This document shows, piece by piece, positions 1 through 9,068 of a stretch of 64,000 bases of DNA. How positions within the stretch are numbered: the first letter of the stretch is position 1; every line of letters begins with the position of its first letter. A model generated the notes under the pieces. The model was not told the DNA's origin. It did not search any database and saw nothing but the letters and a program-made list of their open reading frames with translations. This DNA comes from Candidatus Cloacimonadales bacterium. Lineage in GTDB: Bacteria > Cloacimonadota > Cloacimonadia > Cloacimonadales > JAIOQZ01. The position numbers and the translations under genes are program-made. The stretch lies in assembly GCA_963662655.2 (NCBI GenBank), contig CAXXTU010000002.1, positions 160,001-224,000 of the forward strand, read 5' to 3'.

Positions 1-349
1 CACTCAATCCGACAAGAGCTCCGTTTTCATCCATCACGAATATCTCGCTATAGTAAGCTTTCATGGAAGTGAGTTTCTGCAAGTACTGGCTGCATTCGTT
101 GCCAATCAAATCGTTCATGAATTTGGTCGGCGTTTTTGCTGATATCCATTCAGCGTCAGTCTTCTTGATGGTGTCCATCGATTCGTTTTGGGCATTCTTT
201 TCTTTTACAGCATTCACGATTACGGGATCGTTTCCAAGCTTGACCACCACATTCGTAATCAGCTTGAGCAAGCCGGGATGCGGTTCTTCGGCGATGAGTG
301 TGATTGTTAACAAGGAAAAGATAAGCGTCAGTAAAAAGAGTTTTTGCAT
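1..349 (-). CDS. Secreted protein, probably a stand-alone PDC/Cache-like sensor domain; 3' end lies outside the window
   Basis: Not in the ORF track. Manual translation from ATG at 349 after an AGGGAGG RBS gives MQKLFLLTLIFSLLTITLIAEEPHPG...YYSEIFVMDENGALVGLS: a signal peptide plus an 'EIFVMD..GA.V' segment typical of Cache/PDC domains. Confidence 0.6.
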   Translation of the reverse strand, partial: MQKLFLLTLIFSLLTITLIAEEPHPGLLKLITNVVVKLGNDPVIVNAVKEKNAQNESMDTIKKTDAEWISAKTPTKFMNDLIGNECSQYLQKLTSMKAYYSEIFVMDENGALVGLS

Positions 350-446
350 AGTACCTCCCTGAGAATACGATCCATATACCGGACCATTTATACAAAGGTA
401 CTACGGCATTCCGCGAAAAACAAACTGAAAATTAACTGAAATCAGA

Positions 447-1211
447 TTACAGGTTCGCCTTTATCGTGTCAAACGATCCCTCAAGCACCTCTCTAAGCCG
501 CTCCTGGACTTTCAGGTGCCTTTCTCCGGTCCATTCGTCCATGAAGATTTTCTTGAACTCGATAGCCACGCAGCATGCTGAATCGGGAAAGCTTCTGTGA
601 ATCCAGCGTGAGAAATTCCCACCGGAGAACTTTACATTGGTTCGCACATCAAGCTTTCTGCCGAAAAAATCTTCCTGGCTGAGGTTCTCGCGCAGGATTT
701 CGATCAGGGGAAACCACTCCTCGCTCATGTTGTTCGTTCCCAGGATGATATCTGGATTCATATCGGGATCGTCCGGCGGAGCCAGCGGCCCATTCCGGCG
801 ATGGTTGTAGGAATGGATGTCGAACACGAAGAACTTGCCGAAGGTGCTTCTCATCTCCTCGAAGAAGAGTTTCGTCCTGCTGTAGAAGAGATTGTATTTG
901 TGCAGAGCGCTTTCGATTACATCGTCCGGGAGTGGTTTGCTGCGGACGGGAAGCCCCCAGGCGTCTTCCGGATTCTGATAGATTGCCTTTTCCGGCGAGC
1001 GGTTCAGGTCGACCTCGAACCGACTGAAACGACCGATAATGCGGTTGTTCGAAATCAGGGTGAAATAGCCGGTGAAGGGGTCTTCTTCACGGAGTTGATC
1101 GGCTTCCGATATCCCAAGATTCTCCTTGAACACGGTGCTCATCAAGTGGCCGTTATGGATCGCGGTGCAAACAATAGGTTCATCAAACCGAAACGAAAAT
1201 TCGGCAATCAT
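447..1211 (-). CDS. N-formylglutamate amidohydrolase family protein
   Basis: Motifs 'CTAIHNGH', 'REEDPFT', 'SRFEVDLNR', 'FDIHSYN', 'NVKFSGG' and 'AIEFKK'; GAGGAG RBS. Confidence 0.85.
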   Translation of the reverse strand: MIAEFSFRFDEPIVCTAIHNGHLMSTVFKENLGISEADQLREEDPFTGYFTLISNNRIIGRFSRFEVDLNRSPEKAIYQNPEDAWGLPVRSKPLPDDVIESALHKYNLFYSRTKLFFEEMRSTFGKFFVFDIHSYNHRRNGPLAPPDDPDMNPDIILGTNNMSEEWFPLIEILRENLSQEDFFGRKLDVRTNVKFSGGNFSRWIHRSFPDSACCVAIEFKKIFMDEWTGERHLKVQERLREVLEGSFDTIKANL

Positions 1212-1242
1212 AGCATCTCCTCAAATCAACCTCATGAAATCA

Positions 1243-1271
1243 TTTATATAATAAAACGCTGGTCTTGTCAA
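1243..1271 (-). promoter_or_regulatory. Putative sigma70-type promoter for the amidohydrolase gene
   Basis: Minus strand TTGACA-N17-TATAAA about 30 nt upstream of the start codon. Confidence 0.55.
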
Positions 1272-1510
1272 TGAAAAGAACGCTCGTAACCTTTTCTGTG
1301 CGAATATTTCCTGAAGAAAATGCCGAAAAGGCGAGGAATCCTTAAAATTGTCAGCGCCGCAGGGAAGATGGATGCTATTCTTGATCTGATTTGTTTCAAA
1401 GAAATTAGCCCGTACAAGGGATTCGGGCGTTCGATCAGGGATTCTGAACCGACTTCAGATGCGCGCTAACCAAATTATTCGTATATTTCCAGTTTCATTG
1501 GCAAGATGTG

Positions 1511-1539
1511 TTGACATCATTTCCACGTCATGGTAAATT
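1511..1539 (+). promoter_or_regulatory. Putative sigma70-type promoter upstream of the pilM-like cluster
   Basis: TTGACA-N17-TAAATT with a TGn extended -10. A second TTGACA lies at 1602. Confidence 0.5.
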
Positions 1540-1664
1540 ATCATTAAGTAGTTGTCACAACAGAATTAGTGCAAAATCATCGGAGAATTGGTCATATTTA
1601 CTTGACACTCAATGCGTTAATATCTTAATTGGGTAAATCGCATTTATCCGGAGGAGATGTCTAA

Positions 1665-2663
1665 GTGGAACATATCGCAGCAGTTGACATTGGATTGCAC
1701 TCGCTGAAGATGATTCATGGCTGGAAGAAGCGAGACCTTGTCGTTGTTGAAAATGGAATTGTGCATCCATATAGCAATGAGTTGCTCCAGGCCAACAGAG
1801 TATCGGATGAGACGCTGAAGGAGGTTTATAAAAGAAACTTCATCATCATGTCGAAGGATCTCGAAGAGCTTGCATTCAGGCTTCCCAAGAAGACGACATT
1901 CATGTTCACGTTCAACAGCCTTTTTGCGAACATCTATGTGAACCGTTTCCAGTCCTCATCGATCAAGCGCTTGAAGATCGCATCGCAGATATACCTCGAG
2001 AAGCTGGCCCACGACGGCTACGATACCAATTACGAAATCGCATCGTACAACAAAGGCAACGGAGAGGCGGAAGTCATCCTGTACTCGTTCCTGAACGAAC
2101 CCTTCGATTTTCTTCTGGAGGTCATTCGCGCCACCGGATTGAACGCGAAGGTCGTCGATTTTGACGCGCTTTGCATGGCAAATGCACTGGAGAGACGCTC
2201 GAAAGATCACGATCACAATCTCCTGATCGATTTCGGATGCTCGAAGACGACGCTTATTTTGTTTGAGAACATGCAGTTGCAGCGAATACACGTGATTCCC
2301 TATGGAATCATGCACGTGGCGGAGCAGATCACGCAGAAATCGCGGTTGAACCTGATCGAAGCGCTGACGCTCATTATGCTTACAAACGATTATTACCGTA
2401 AGATCGCCGATTTTACTCCGATGAACTTGTACCACGAGCTGTTCGTCCAGATAAAGAACAGCGTCGGTGAGATTATAAAGACAAAGCCCGGACTCAAGAT
2501 TTATACATCGGGAGGCATCGTACGCAATCAGGCCTTCCAGCTTTGCATGGAGAAAATTCTTGGCGCGCCCTCGGAAGTATTCGATCCTTTCCCCGAGGAA
2601 ATCGATTTCAAGCATGACGAGAAGCACATGTTCACCGCCGCGTACGGATTATTTATGAGGTAG
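1665..2663 (+). CDS. PilM-like (actin/FtsA-fold) type IV pilus assembly protein, divergent
   Basis: N-terminal 'AVDIGLHSLKM', central 'VDFDALCMANA' and 'LLIDFGCSKTTL', 'IYTSGG', C-terminal 'TAAYGLFMR', all matching the PilM layout. GGAGG RBS with GTG start. Confidence 0.75.
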   Translation: MEHIAAVDIGLHSLKMIHGWKKRDLVVVENGIVHPYSNELLQANRVSDETLKEVYKRNFIIMSKDLEELAFRLPKKTTFMFTFNSLFANIYVNRFQSSSIKRLKIASQIYLEKLAHDGYDTNYEIASYNKGNGEAEVILYSFLNEPFDFLLEVIRATGLNAKVVDFDALCMANALERRSKDHDHNLLIDFGCSKTTLILFENMQLQRIHVIPYGIMHVAEQITQKSRLNLIEALTLIMLTNDYYRKIADFTPMNLYHELFVQIKNSVGEIIKTKPGLKIYTSGGIVRNQAFQLCMEKILGAPSEVFDPFPEEIDFKHDEKHMFTAAYGLFMR

Positions 2664-2668
2664 GATAG

Positions 2669-3184
2669 ATGGGTAGATATTGCACCAATCTGATTGATAC
2701 ATTCGAGAAAATGAACAACACCTTCAAGTGGTTTGTGATTGCCGTGGCTGTTGTTATTGGCATAGGAATCGTGATTTACGGCGTTCGCTCGTCAACATCG
2801 GGGAGCAAACCGAAAAAGGAAATAGTGAGGGTTCAGGGCGATACCACATCCGGAGTCGCTGGCGAAGCGCGTCTTACTTCGGGCGATAAAACGGCCCGGG
2901 ATGAGGACGCCGCCGAATCGGACACAGAAAATGAGAGTAATGTCGCAAAGAAGACAAGTCCTCTGGATAATGTTAAATATCTCAACGTTTACGACGGTTA
3001 CGAGATCACCGGCGTGGTCATCGAGCGGGGCAAGCAGCCGATGGTCTATCTTCGCAAAGAAGGGGAATCCAAGTCATACGGCGTCGGCGATGCCGTGGGC
3101 GACGCGGTGCTGGAAAGCGTTCATCGTAACCATGTAATTTTAAAACAAGGCAAGACGATCATTCATTTGAATAACATCAATTAG
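2669..3184 (+). CDS. Membrane-anchored PilP/GspC-N-like protein
   Basis: Single N-terminal TM helix, low-complexity linker, then 'YEITGVVI...MVYL...YGVGDAVGDAVLESVHRNHVIL', a PilP/GspC homology-region pattern. Lies between the PilM-like and secretin-like genes. Confidence 0.6.
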   Translation: MGRYCTNLIDTFEKMNNTFKWFVIAVAVVIGIGIVIYGVRSSTSGSKPKKEIVRVQGDTTSGVAGEARLTSGDKTARDEDAAESDTENESNVAKKTSPLDNVKYLNVYDGYEITGVVIERGKQPMVYLRKEGESKSYGVGDAVGDAVLESVHRNHVILKQGKTIIHLNNIN

Positions 3185-3189
3185 GAAGC

Positions 3190-4722
3190 ATGAAACGGGC
3201 ATTCGCCGCACTATTGTTCGCTTGGTTTTTTATTGGACTCGTCACAGCTATCGACCTTGTCGATGTTCGATACGGCTCGTACCGGCTGGGTGAGTTTATC
3301 GCTTCCGAAACACAGTCTGCCGACGAAATCCGCATCATCTTCGAGCTGAACGATTCCCCGGAATACACCATTCTAGAAAGCGATGGCAAGCTTGCTTTTA
3401 CCATGCTGGATGTCCATTCCGGCCTGCATCGCAACGAATACGCCATCAACAACGGTCTGATTTCCATCATCAGCTTGAAGCAGGTGGAGCAGAGCCTCGT
3501 TGCGACAATTTTCTTCGAAGGGACTTATCAATCACACAGCATCGAACAGGCGAGCGACCCGGTTCGGCTGGTTCTCAAGCTCAAGGGCGAACCGATCCTC
3601 GAGCAGAGGAAGACGCCGGAGCCTCAAGTCACGAAAAAAGCGGATGATGTCGGCGGTAAGCCGGTCATTCGCCGGGTTGGAGCCGCCAGGCAAAGCGCTC
3701 CAGCAGGAGTGCAGGCGAAAGACCATGAATCCGCCGGAAGAATGGACGATTCAACGCTTGCCGGCCTGTTTCCGGAGAATAGCACGCTGAACCTGGATTT
3801 GAATGAGGTTCCGATTCAGCAGGTATTGCGCTTCTTCTCGCAGCGAAGCCGGTACGATATTGTTCAGGAGGGCGCCCTCGATGGATTGGTAACGCTGAGC
3901 ATAGAGAACCAGAGGTTGACGGATGCCTTCCGCATTGTGCTGGAAAGCCAGGGATTGACCGGATCCATGCGTGGCGATGCGCTGGTCGTGTCTGCCCGGA
4001 GAGAACCGGACCCCGCCACTGCGTATACACTATACACGGTTTACTTGCGAGATATCGATGTACTGGACATGAAGGTCGCGCTGGATTACTTCCTGCCGGA
4101 AAACCATTTCATTCTGCCGGACAGGCGCATCAACAAGCTGGACATCTACCTCCCGGACGAACAGATCACCCTGGTCGATTCGCTGGTGGCGCAGTATGAC
4201 ACACCCGTTGCGGAGACGGAGTTCTCGATGCAGACGTTGTTTCTGGATCGGGATGCCTTCGATCAGATTGACTGGAACGGGCAGGGAGCCTGCGTTGTAG
4301 CCTCCGGCGATTTCATCAAAATCCCCGCGAAGAAAGACGGAGACATCCTGAAGGGATCGTTCGAGATCCATCAACAGGAGTATTGCCGCCAGATGAAGCG
4401 CAAGGCGTTCAAGACGGGCATACCGGTGTTCAGCAGTTCACGCGTGGTGCTCACGACGGGCTATGAGATGCTTTTCGAGCTCCACGTGGGCAATGCGAGC
4501 CACTACTCGCTCAAGACGGATATCACCTGGCATATCGTGAGCCCCGATCTCGTGCAGACGGACGACCGCATCCGGATCAACGCGGATATCGATCACGGCG
4601 AGGTGCTGCTGGTTTATAACAACCTCTATTTTCCACATAACAGCAAGTACGACGACTGGCTTCAGGCGGAAGCGGATTTCAAATCGGACCGGATTCCGGT
4701 GCTGGCGATCACTCCCTTATAG
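3190..4722 (+). CDS. PilQ-like secretin-family protein (AMIN plus N-domains) with a short, divergent C-terminal domain
   Basis: Signal peptide; AMIN-like 'DPVRLVLKL'; STN/N0 'LNLDLNEVPIQQVLRFFSQRSRYDIV...GLVTLSI'; N3-like 'DRRINKLDI...VAQYDTP'; ends 'IPVLAITPL'. Confidence 0.65.
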   Translation: MKRAFAALLFAWFFIGLVTAIDLVDVRYGSYRLGEFIASETQSADEIRIIFELNDSPEYTILESDGKLAFTMLDVHSGLHRNEYAINNGLISIISLKQVEQSLVATIFFEGTYQSHSIEQASDPVRLVLKLKGEPILEQRKTPEPQVTKKADDVGGKPVIRRVGAARQSAPAGVQAKDHESAGRMDDSTLAGLFPENSTLNLDLNEVPIQQVLRFFSQRSRYDIVQEGALDGLVTLSIENQRLTDAFRIVLESQGLTGSMRGDALVVSARREPDPATAYTLYTVYLRDIDVLDMKVALDYFLPENHFILPDRRINKLDIYLPDEQITLVDSLVAQYDTPVAETEFSMQTLFLDRDAFDQIDWNGQGACVVASGDFIKIPAKKDGDILKGSFEIHQQEYCRQMKRKAFKTGIPVFSSSRVVLTTGYEMLFELHVGNASHYSLKTDITWHIVSPDLVQTDDRIRINADIDHGEVLLVYNNLYFPHNSKYDDWLQAEADFKSDRIPVLAITPL

Positions 4723-4728
4723 CCGAAA

Positions 4729-5376
4729 ATGTCTCAGCGTCTGTTAGCAATTTATCAAACTCTCTTCAATGAATACGGTCCGCAGCATTGGTGGCCGGGC
4801 GAAACCAGAGACGAGATCATCATCGGAGCTGTCCTCACCCAGAACACGAACTGGAAGAACGTCGAAAAGGCCATTGCCAACCTTAAGATTGACGGAATCC
4901 TTACGTTGCAAGACATTAATACCTTGGATCGCGAGCGGCTCTCTTCGCTCATCAAGCCTGCGGGTTATTTCAATATCAAGGCCAGGAGATTGCAGTCGGT
5001 GGCGAAAGCGCTCACGGAGATCGATCTCACGAAGATGAGCTTGGCGGAGGCCAGGGATTACACGCTGGATGTCTATGGGGTCGGGCCGGAAACCGCCGAT
5101 TCGATTCTCCTTTACGCCTACGGTTTCCCGACGTTCGTTGTTGATGCGTACACGAAGCGTATTTTCTCGCGCGTTGGTTTGATCGGGTCCGACGCTGGGT
5201 ACGAGGAAGTTAGGCTGAAGTTTCAGCAAAACTTGCCTCGGGATGTGCAGCTTTTCAACGAGTACCATGCGCTGATCGTCCAGCACGCCAAGGTGTCGTG
5301 TAATGTGAAACCGGCTTGCGAGAGCTGCCCGTTCAATGACCAATGTGAGTTTTATCGAAAGGAGAAAGCGTTATGA
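4729..5376 (+). CDS. Endonuclease III-related HhH-GPD DNA glycosylase with a C-terminal 4Fe-4S motif
   Basis: '[13 protein letters not shown]', '[15 protein letters not shown]', 'VVDAYTKR' and Cys cluster C-x4-P-x-C-x2-C-x5-C. Confidence 0.9.
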   Translation: MSQRLLAIYQTLFNEYGPQHWWPGETRDEIIIGAVLTQNTNWKNVEKAIANLKIDGILTLQDINTLDRERLSSLIKPAGYFNIKARRLQSVAKALTEIDLTKMSLAEARDYTLDVYGVGPETADSILLYAYGFPTFVVDAYTKRIFSRVGLIGSDAGYEEVRLKFQQNLPRDVQLFNEYHALIVQHAKVSCNVKPACESCPFNDQCEFYRKEKAL

Positions 5377-5831
5377 GACTTGTGATTCAGCGCGTCGGAA
5401 AAGCGAGTGTGGAAGTTGACGGCGAGATCACCGGCAAGATCGGGAAGGGGCTTCTGGTGCTGTTGGGCGTCACGCACTCCGACGACGAAAGCGTCATCCC
5501 GTGGCTCGTCAGGAAGACCTGCGAGTTGAGAATTTTCGAAGACGAGCAGGGAAAGATGAACCGCAGTCTGTTGGACGTGGGAGGGAAGATGCTGGTCGTC
5601 TCCCAGTTCACGCTTTACGCCAGATGCCTCAAAGGACGCAGGCCCGACTTCAACGACGCGGCCCCACCCCAGAAAGCGGAAGCGCTCTACGAGAAGTTCG
5701 TCGAAGCCGTACGGGAAGCAGGTGTTCACGTGGAAACCGGGGTTTTCGGCGCGTACATGAAGGTCGATCTCACCAACGACGGCCCCGTGACCATCATTCT
5801 GGAAAAGGATACCACCGAACTCAATCAATAA
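5373..5831 (+). CDS. dtd: D-aminoacyl-tRNA deacylase
   Basis: 'MRLVIQRV', 'SQFTL', 'FGAYM' and 'NDGPVT'. Confidence 0.97.
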   Translation: MRLVIQRVGKASVEVDGEITGKIGKGLLVLLGVTHSDDESVIPWLVRKTCELRIFEDEQGKMNRSLLDVGGKMLVVSQFTLYARCLKGRRPDFNDAAPPQKAEALYEKFVEAVREAGVHVETGVFGAYMKVDLTNDGPVTIILEKDTTELNQ

Positions 5832-5843
5832 GCTGGAGTTGTT

Positions 5844-7496
5844 ATGCCTGAAAAGACCAACCTCCTGTGGATGATAACCAGGAAATACGCCGGATTCTAT
5901 CTTTTTTTCTTCTTCATCGTGCTATCGACATCGATTTTATCCTACGCAAGCCCGTACATCACGCGGCGGATCATCGATTTCGCAATTCCCTTCAAGGACT
6001 GGCGTCAAATCGTCCGGTTGATGACGATCCTCGTCTTCTTCGGGTTCGTGCAGAGCGTTCTGGTGCTGATACGCAGCAAGTTCTCCATGTTCTTCAATTG
6101 GAAGATCATATTCACGGTCAAGAGCACGGCGCTGGAGAGGCTGATCCGAACTCCTGCCGGATACCTCAAGAAGAAGGATGTCGGTTACTGGGTTGGAAGA
6201 ATCAACAACGACACGCAGCAACTGGCCGGCTTGCTGGCGGATCAGGCGATTCATGTATTGAAGAGCGTTATCGTGATCATCGTGGGCTGTTTCCTCCTGT
6301 TCCAGATGAATATCGTGATGTCGGGCATCGCGCTCTCGTATCTACTCATCAATTTAATTATCATCTACTATTTCGGCCATCTGGTCAGATTGAGATACTC
6401 TACGCTCCTTGAATATTTCGGCAAGCTCAACGGCTATATGCAGAACGCCATCATCTGGGCTCCGTTCGCCAAGCTGTTCATGAATTACAAGAAGGTTCTC
6501 TCCTACTGGGAGGATGGCATCGTCAAGTTCTTCCGGGCGTTTCGCCCCATCATCAATTTCGGCTCGATCATCAGTTTCTTCTCGGTGTTTTACACGACTT
6601 CCAGTGTGGTTCTCATTCTTACGCTCGGTTCGTGGTACGTTATCCACGACAAGCTCACGATCGGGCAACTGGTAGCGTTCAACGCGTACTTCATGCTGGT
6701 CAGCAATCCCGCGATGGAGATGATCAGCATGATTAACAACATGCAAAAGGGGATTCCAGCGCTACAGCGGATGAACGAACTCATAAACGTTGAGTTGGAG
6801 GAGATCGGCGAACACCCGGGGGAAGTGGATTCCCTGTGCTTCAGCAACCTTTCCTGCTCCTACAATGCGGTGAAGACTGTTGTCGAGCTTGAATCGGCTG
6901 ATTTCCGCAAAGGGCAGATCATCGGGCTGGTTGGCCACTCAGGGTGCGGGAAGTCGTGTTTGCTGATGAACCTGCTCGGGTTGTACGAGCCCATGGGTGG
7001 AAGCGTGGCCATCAACGATTCCAAGACGCTGCAAAGCAACGAAACCTCTGCGCTCCGCCACATCGCTGCCTATGTGGAGCAAGAGCCGATCCTGCTTAAC
7101 GACACCGTCTACGAGAACATCCGCTTCGGCAAGCCGGATGCCTCCAACGAGGAGATCGAAGAGGTCGCCAGGCTTGCCGGTGCGGACCAATTCATCCAGC
7201 AATTGCCAAACCGGTACGAGACGCTTCTCGGGGCAGGCGGAACCGGAGTCTCGATAGGGGAGAAGCAGCGGATCGCCATCGCCAGAGCGCTGATTAAAAA
7301 TCCGCAGTTGCTCATCCTCGACGAGCCTACCTCGAACGTCGATAAGCAAACGGAAGAATGGATACTCGGCTCGATCCGTACCTTCGCGAAGGGGCGGATC
7401 GTCATCATCACATCGCACAATCCCACCTTCCTCGATATCTGCGATGCGGTCTACAAGATCGAAAACGGCAAGGCCGTGAAGACCTCTGCCAGCTAA
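5844..7496 (+). CDS. ABC exporter, fused permease plus ATPase
   Basis: About 6 TM segments in the N-terminal half; Walker A GHSGCGKS, signature 'VSIGEKQRIAIARA', Walker B 'LILDEPTS'. Confidence 0.92.
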   Translation: MPEKTNLLWMITRKYAGFYLFFFFIVLSTSILSYASPYITRRIIDFAIPFKDWRQIVRLMTILVFFGFVQSVLVLIRSKFSMFFNWKIIFTVKSTALERLIRTPAGYLKKKDVGYWVGRINNDTQQLAGLLADQAIHVLKSVIVIIVGCFLLFQMNIVMSGIALSYLLINLIIIYYFGHLVRLRYSTLLEYFGKLNGYMQNAIIWAPFAKLFMNYKKVLSYWEDGIVKFFRAFRPIINFGSIISFFSVFYTTSSVVLILTLGSWYVIHDKLTIGQLVAFNAYFMLVSNPAMEMISMINNMQKGIPALQRMNELINVELEEIGEHPGEVDSLCFSNLSCSYNAVKTVVELESADFRKGQIIGLVGHSGCGKSCLLMNLLGLYEPMGGSVAINDSKTLQSNETSALRHIAAYVEQEPILLNDTVYENIRFGKPDASNEEIEEVARLAGADQFIQQLPNRYETLLGAGGTGVSIGEKQRIAIARALIKNPQLLILDEPTSNVDKQTEEWILGSIRTFAKGRIVIITSHNPTFLDICDAVYKIENGKAVKTSAS

Positions 7497-7497
7497 T

Positions 7498-7540
7498 ATT
7501 GTACGATCTCACGCAGCAGGTGCGATCGGGCGAAGATGCG
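7498..7540 (+). repeat. Partial/degenerate copy of dispersed hairpin family H
   Basis: Right arm GATCGGGCGAAGATGC (7524-7539) matches the other copies. The left arm is degenerate (ATTGTACGATC). Confidence 0.55.
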
Positions 7541-7568
7541 CGTGTAGCCACGAATAGGTCCGATACAC

Positions 7569-7606
7569 AAAAAAAAGCCCCTCTCCTCAATCGAGGAGAG
7601 GGGCTT
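7569..7606 (-). terminator. Rho-independent terminator after tldD
   Basis: Perfect stem AAGCCCCTCTCCTC/GAGGAGAGGGGCTT followed by a T-run on the minus strand. Confidence 0.85.
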
Positions 7607-7619
7607 GGGGTGGGGTTCC

Positions 7620-9059
7620 CTAAGCCTTTATTCCAACCAGTACATTCTTGAACCGTGCCGGAGCAACGCCGTGCGAAAGGTGCATGGCTTGTCCGGGTTC
7701 GCCCTTGCCGCAGTTGAAGGTGCCGTGGTAACGCCATTCCTCTTCACCGCAAACGCGGTCGCAAGAAGCCCAGAATTTCGGTGTGATTCCGTAATAGGTA
7801 GGCTCCTTCACGATCTCTTTGATCTCGCCGTTCTCGATCCGCCAACCGATCTCGGTCGTGAACTGGAAGTTGTAGCGGTTGTCGTCGATGGACCATGTCT
7901 TGGTGTAATCGATGTAATAACCCTTCTCCGTATCTTTGATCAACTCGTCGAGCGATCCCTTCCCGGGCGCCAGGCAGAAGTTGGTCATACGGATGAGCGG
8001 GAAGTCGTTAGCCGACGTAGCCATCATATTCGAGCTCGGTTCGAGTCCAAGCTTCGGCGCAAGCTCGCGGGAAGTCTGCTGATCCATCAGGATACCGTTC
8101 TTCACGATGTCCACCTTGCGCCCCGGAATACCGTCGTCGTCAACCAGATGGTAACCGATACCGCGTGGATCGGTGCTGTCGCTGTAGATATTGACCGCGT
8201 CCGAACCGTAGCGGAAGTTGCCCAGCATTTCCGGCTTGATGAACGTCTTGCCTGCGTAGGATATCTCCATGCCGAAGATACGATCGGCTTCGGTGGCGTG
8301 TCCCACAGATTCATGGAGCTGGAGCGCCAAGTGACCGCCACCGATGATGATGTCGGTAAGTTTCTCTTCCACTGTCGGAGCGGTCAGGAGAGCGATGGCC
8401 TCTTCCATGATCACTTCCGCGTTCTTCTCGAGGTCGCATTCCCTGAGGATTTCGAAACCGCCCCGCCGCGCGGTCATGTGACCCGGGTACGTACGGGAAT
8501 ACACGCCGGCTCCGTCCGATGCCAGAACCATGATCTCCGGCAGGATGTCGTAAACCAGCGAGTCGGAGAAAGTACCTTCCGAGTTTGCATAGATTTTATA
8601 CTGACGGTAGAAGGATACTCGAGCGTGGGAGTAAACGATCTTGGGATTATCCGTCATCTTCATGGCGATGTTTTCCATGTATGCGATTTTATCTTCATCC
8701 GGCATGAGGAACGGGTCTTCCTTCGGTTTGAAGATATAGCTTCCAATAAACGGTTTGATCGCAGGGAAAGCGACCTTTTCCTTGCGGAAACGGCTGCCGT
8801 GCTTCGCATTATGGATCGCGAGGTCGATCATGCGATCGATTGCGCCACGGCTCAGCTCGGTGGTACCGGCAAATCCCCAGCTTCCATCGATGAGGACGCG
8901 AACGCCAAGCGCAACCGAATCCGTCTCGGATGAGAAATGCTTCAGCTCGCCCTTGCGGAAATAGATGGTTTGCCCGTCTGTTACGGTCAGGCGCACATCG
9001 GCAAAGGTTATCGACGGGATATTCAGACGATTGATGATATCATTTACGATCTTTTTCAT
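7620..9059 (-). CDS. tldD: TldD metalloprotease (catalytic subunit)
   Basis: 'GVRVLIDGSWGFA', metal motif 'LHESVGHATEADR', 'PLIRMTN' and 'CGKGEPGQ'. Confidence 0.93.
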   Translation of the reverse strand: MKKIVNDIINRLNIPSITFADVRLTVTDGQTIYFRKGELKHFSSETDSVALGVRVLIDGSWGFAGTTELSRGAIDRMIDLAIHNAKHGSRFRKEKVAFPAIKPFIGSYIFKPKEDPFLMPDEDKIAYMENIAMKMTDNPKIVYSHARVSFYRQYKIYANSEGTFSDSLVYDILPEIMVLASDGAGVYSRTYPGHMTARRGGFEILRECDLEKNAEVIMEEAIALLTAPTVEEKLTDIIIGGGHLALQLHESVGHATEADRIFGMEISYAGKTFIKPEMLGNFRYGSDAVNIYSDSTDPRGIGYHLVDDDGIPGRKVDIVKNGILMDQQTSRELAPKLGLEPSSNMMATSANDFPLIRMTNFCLAPGKGSLDELIKDTEKGYYIDYTKTWSIDDNRYNFQFTTEIGWRIENGEIKEIVKEPTYYGITPKFWASCDRVCGEEEWRYHGTFNCGKGEPGQAMHLSHGVAPARFKNVLVGIKA

Positions 9060-9068
9060 GGTAGCTCC

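Noticed and set aside
1280..1500. ncRNA or tRNA in the long intergenic region before pilM
   Set aside because: Only short hairpins and a lone GTTCGATC, with no cloverleaf or riboswitch consensus that I can support.
7605..8933. Long antisense ORFs (also 30800-32254, 33700-34692, 50001-51026, 54267-55304, 57434-58549)
   Set aside because: They are shadows of well-supported genes on the opposite strand and contain no recognisable motifs.
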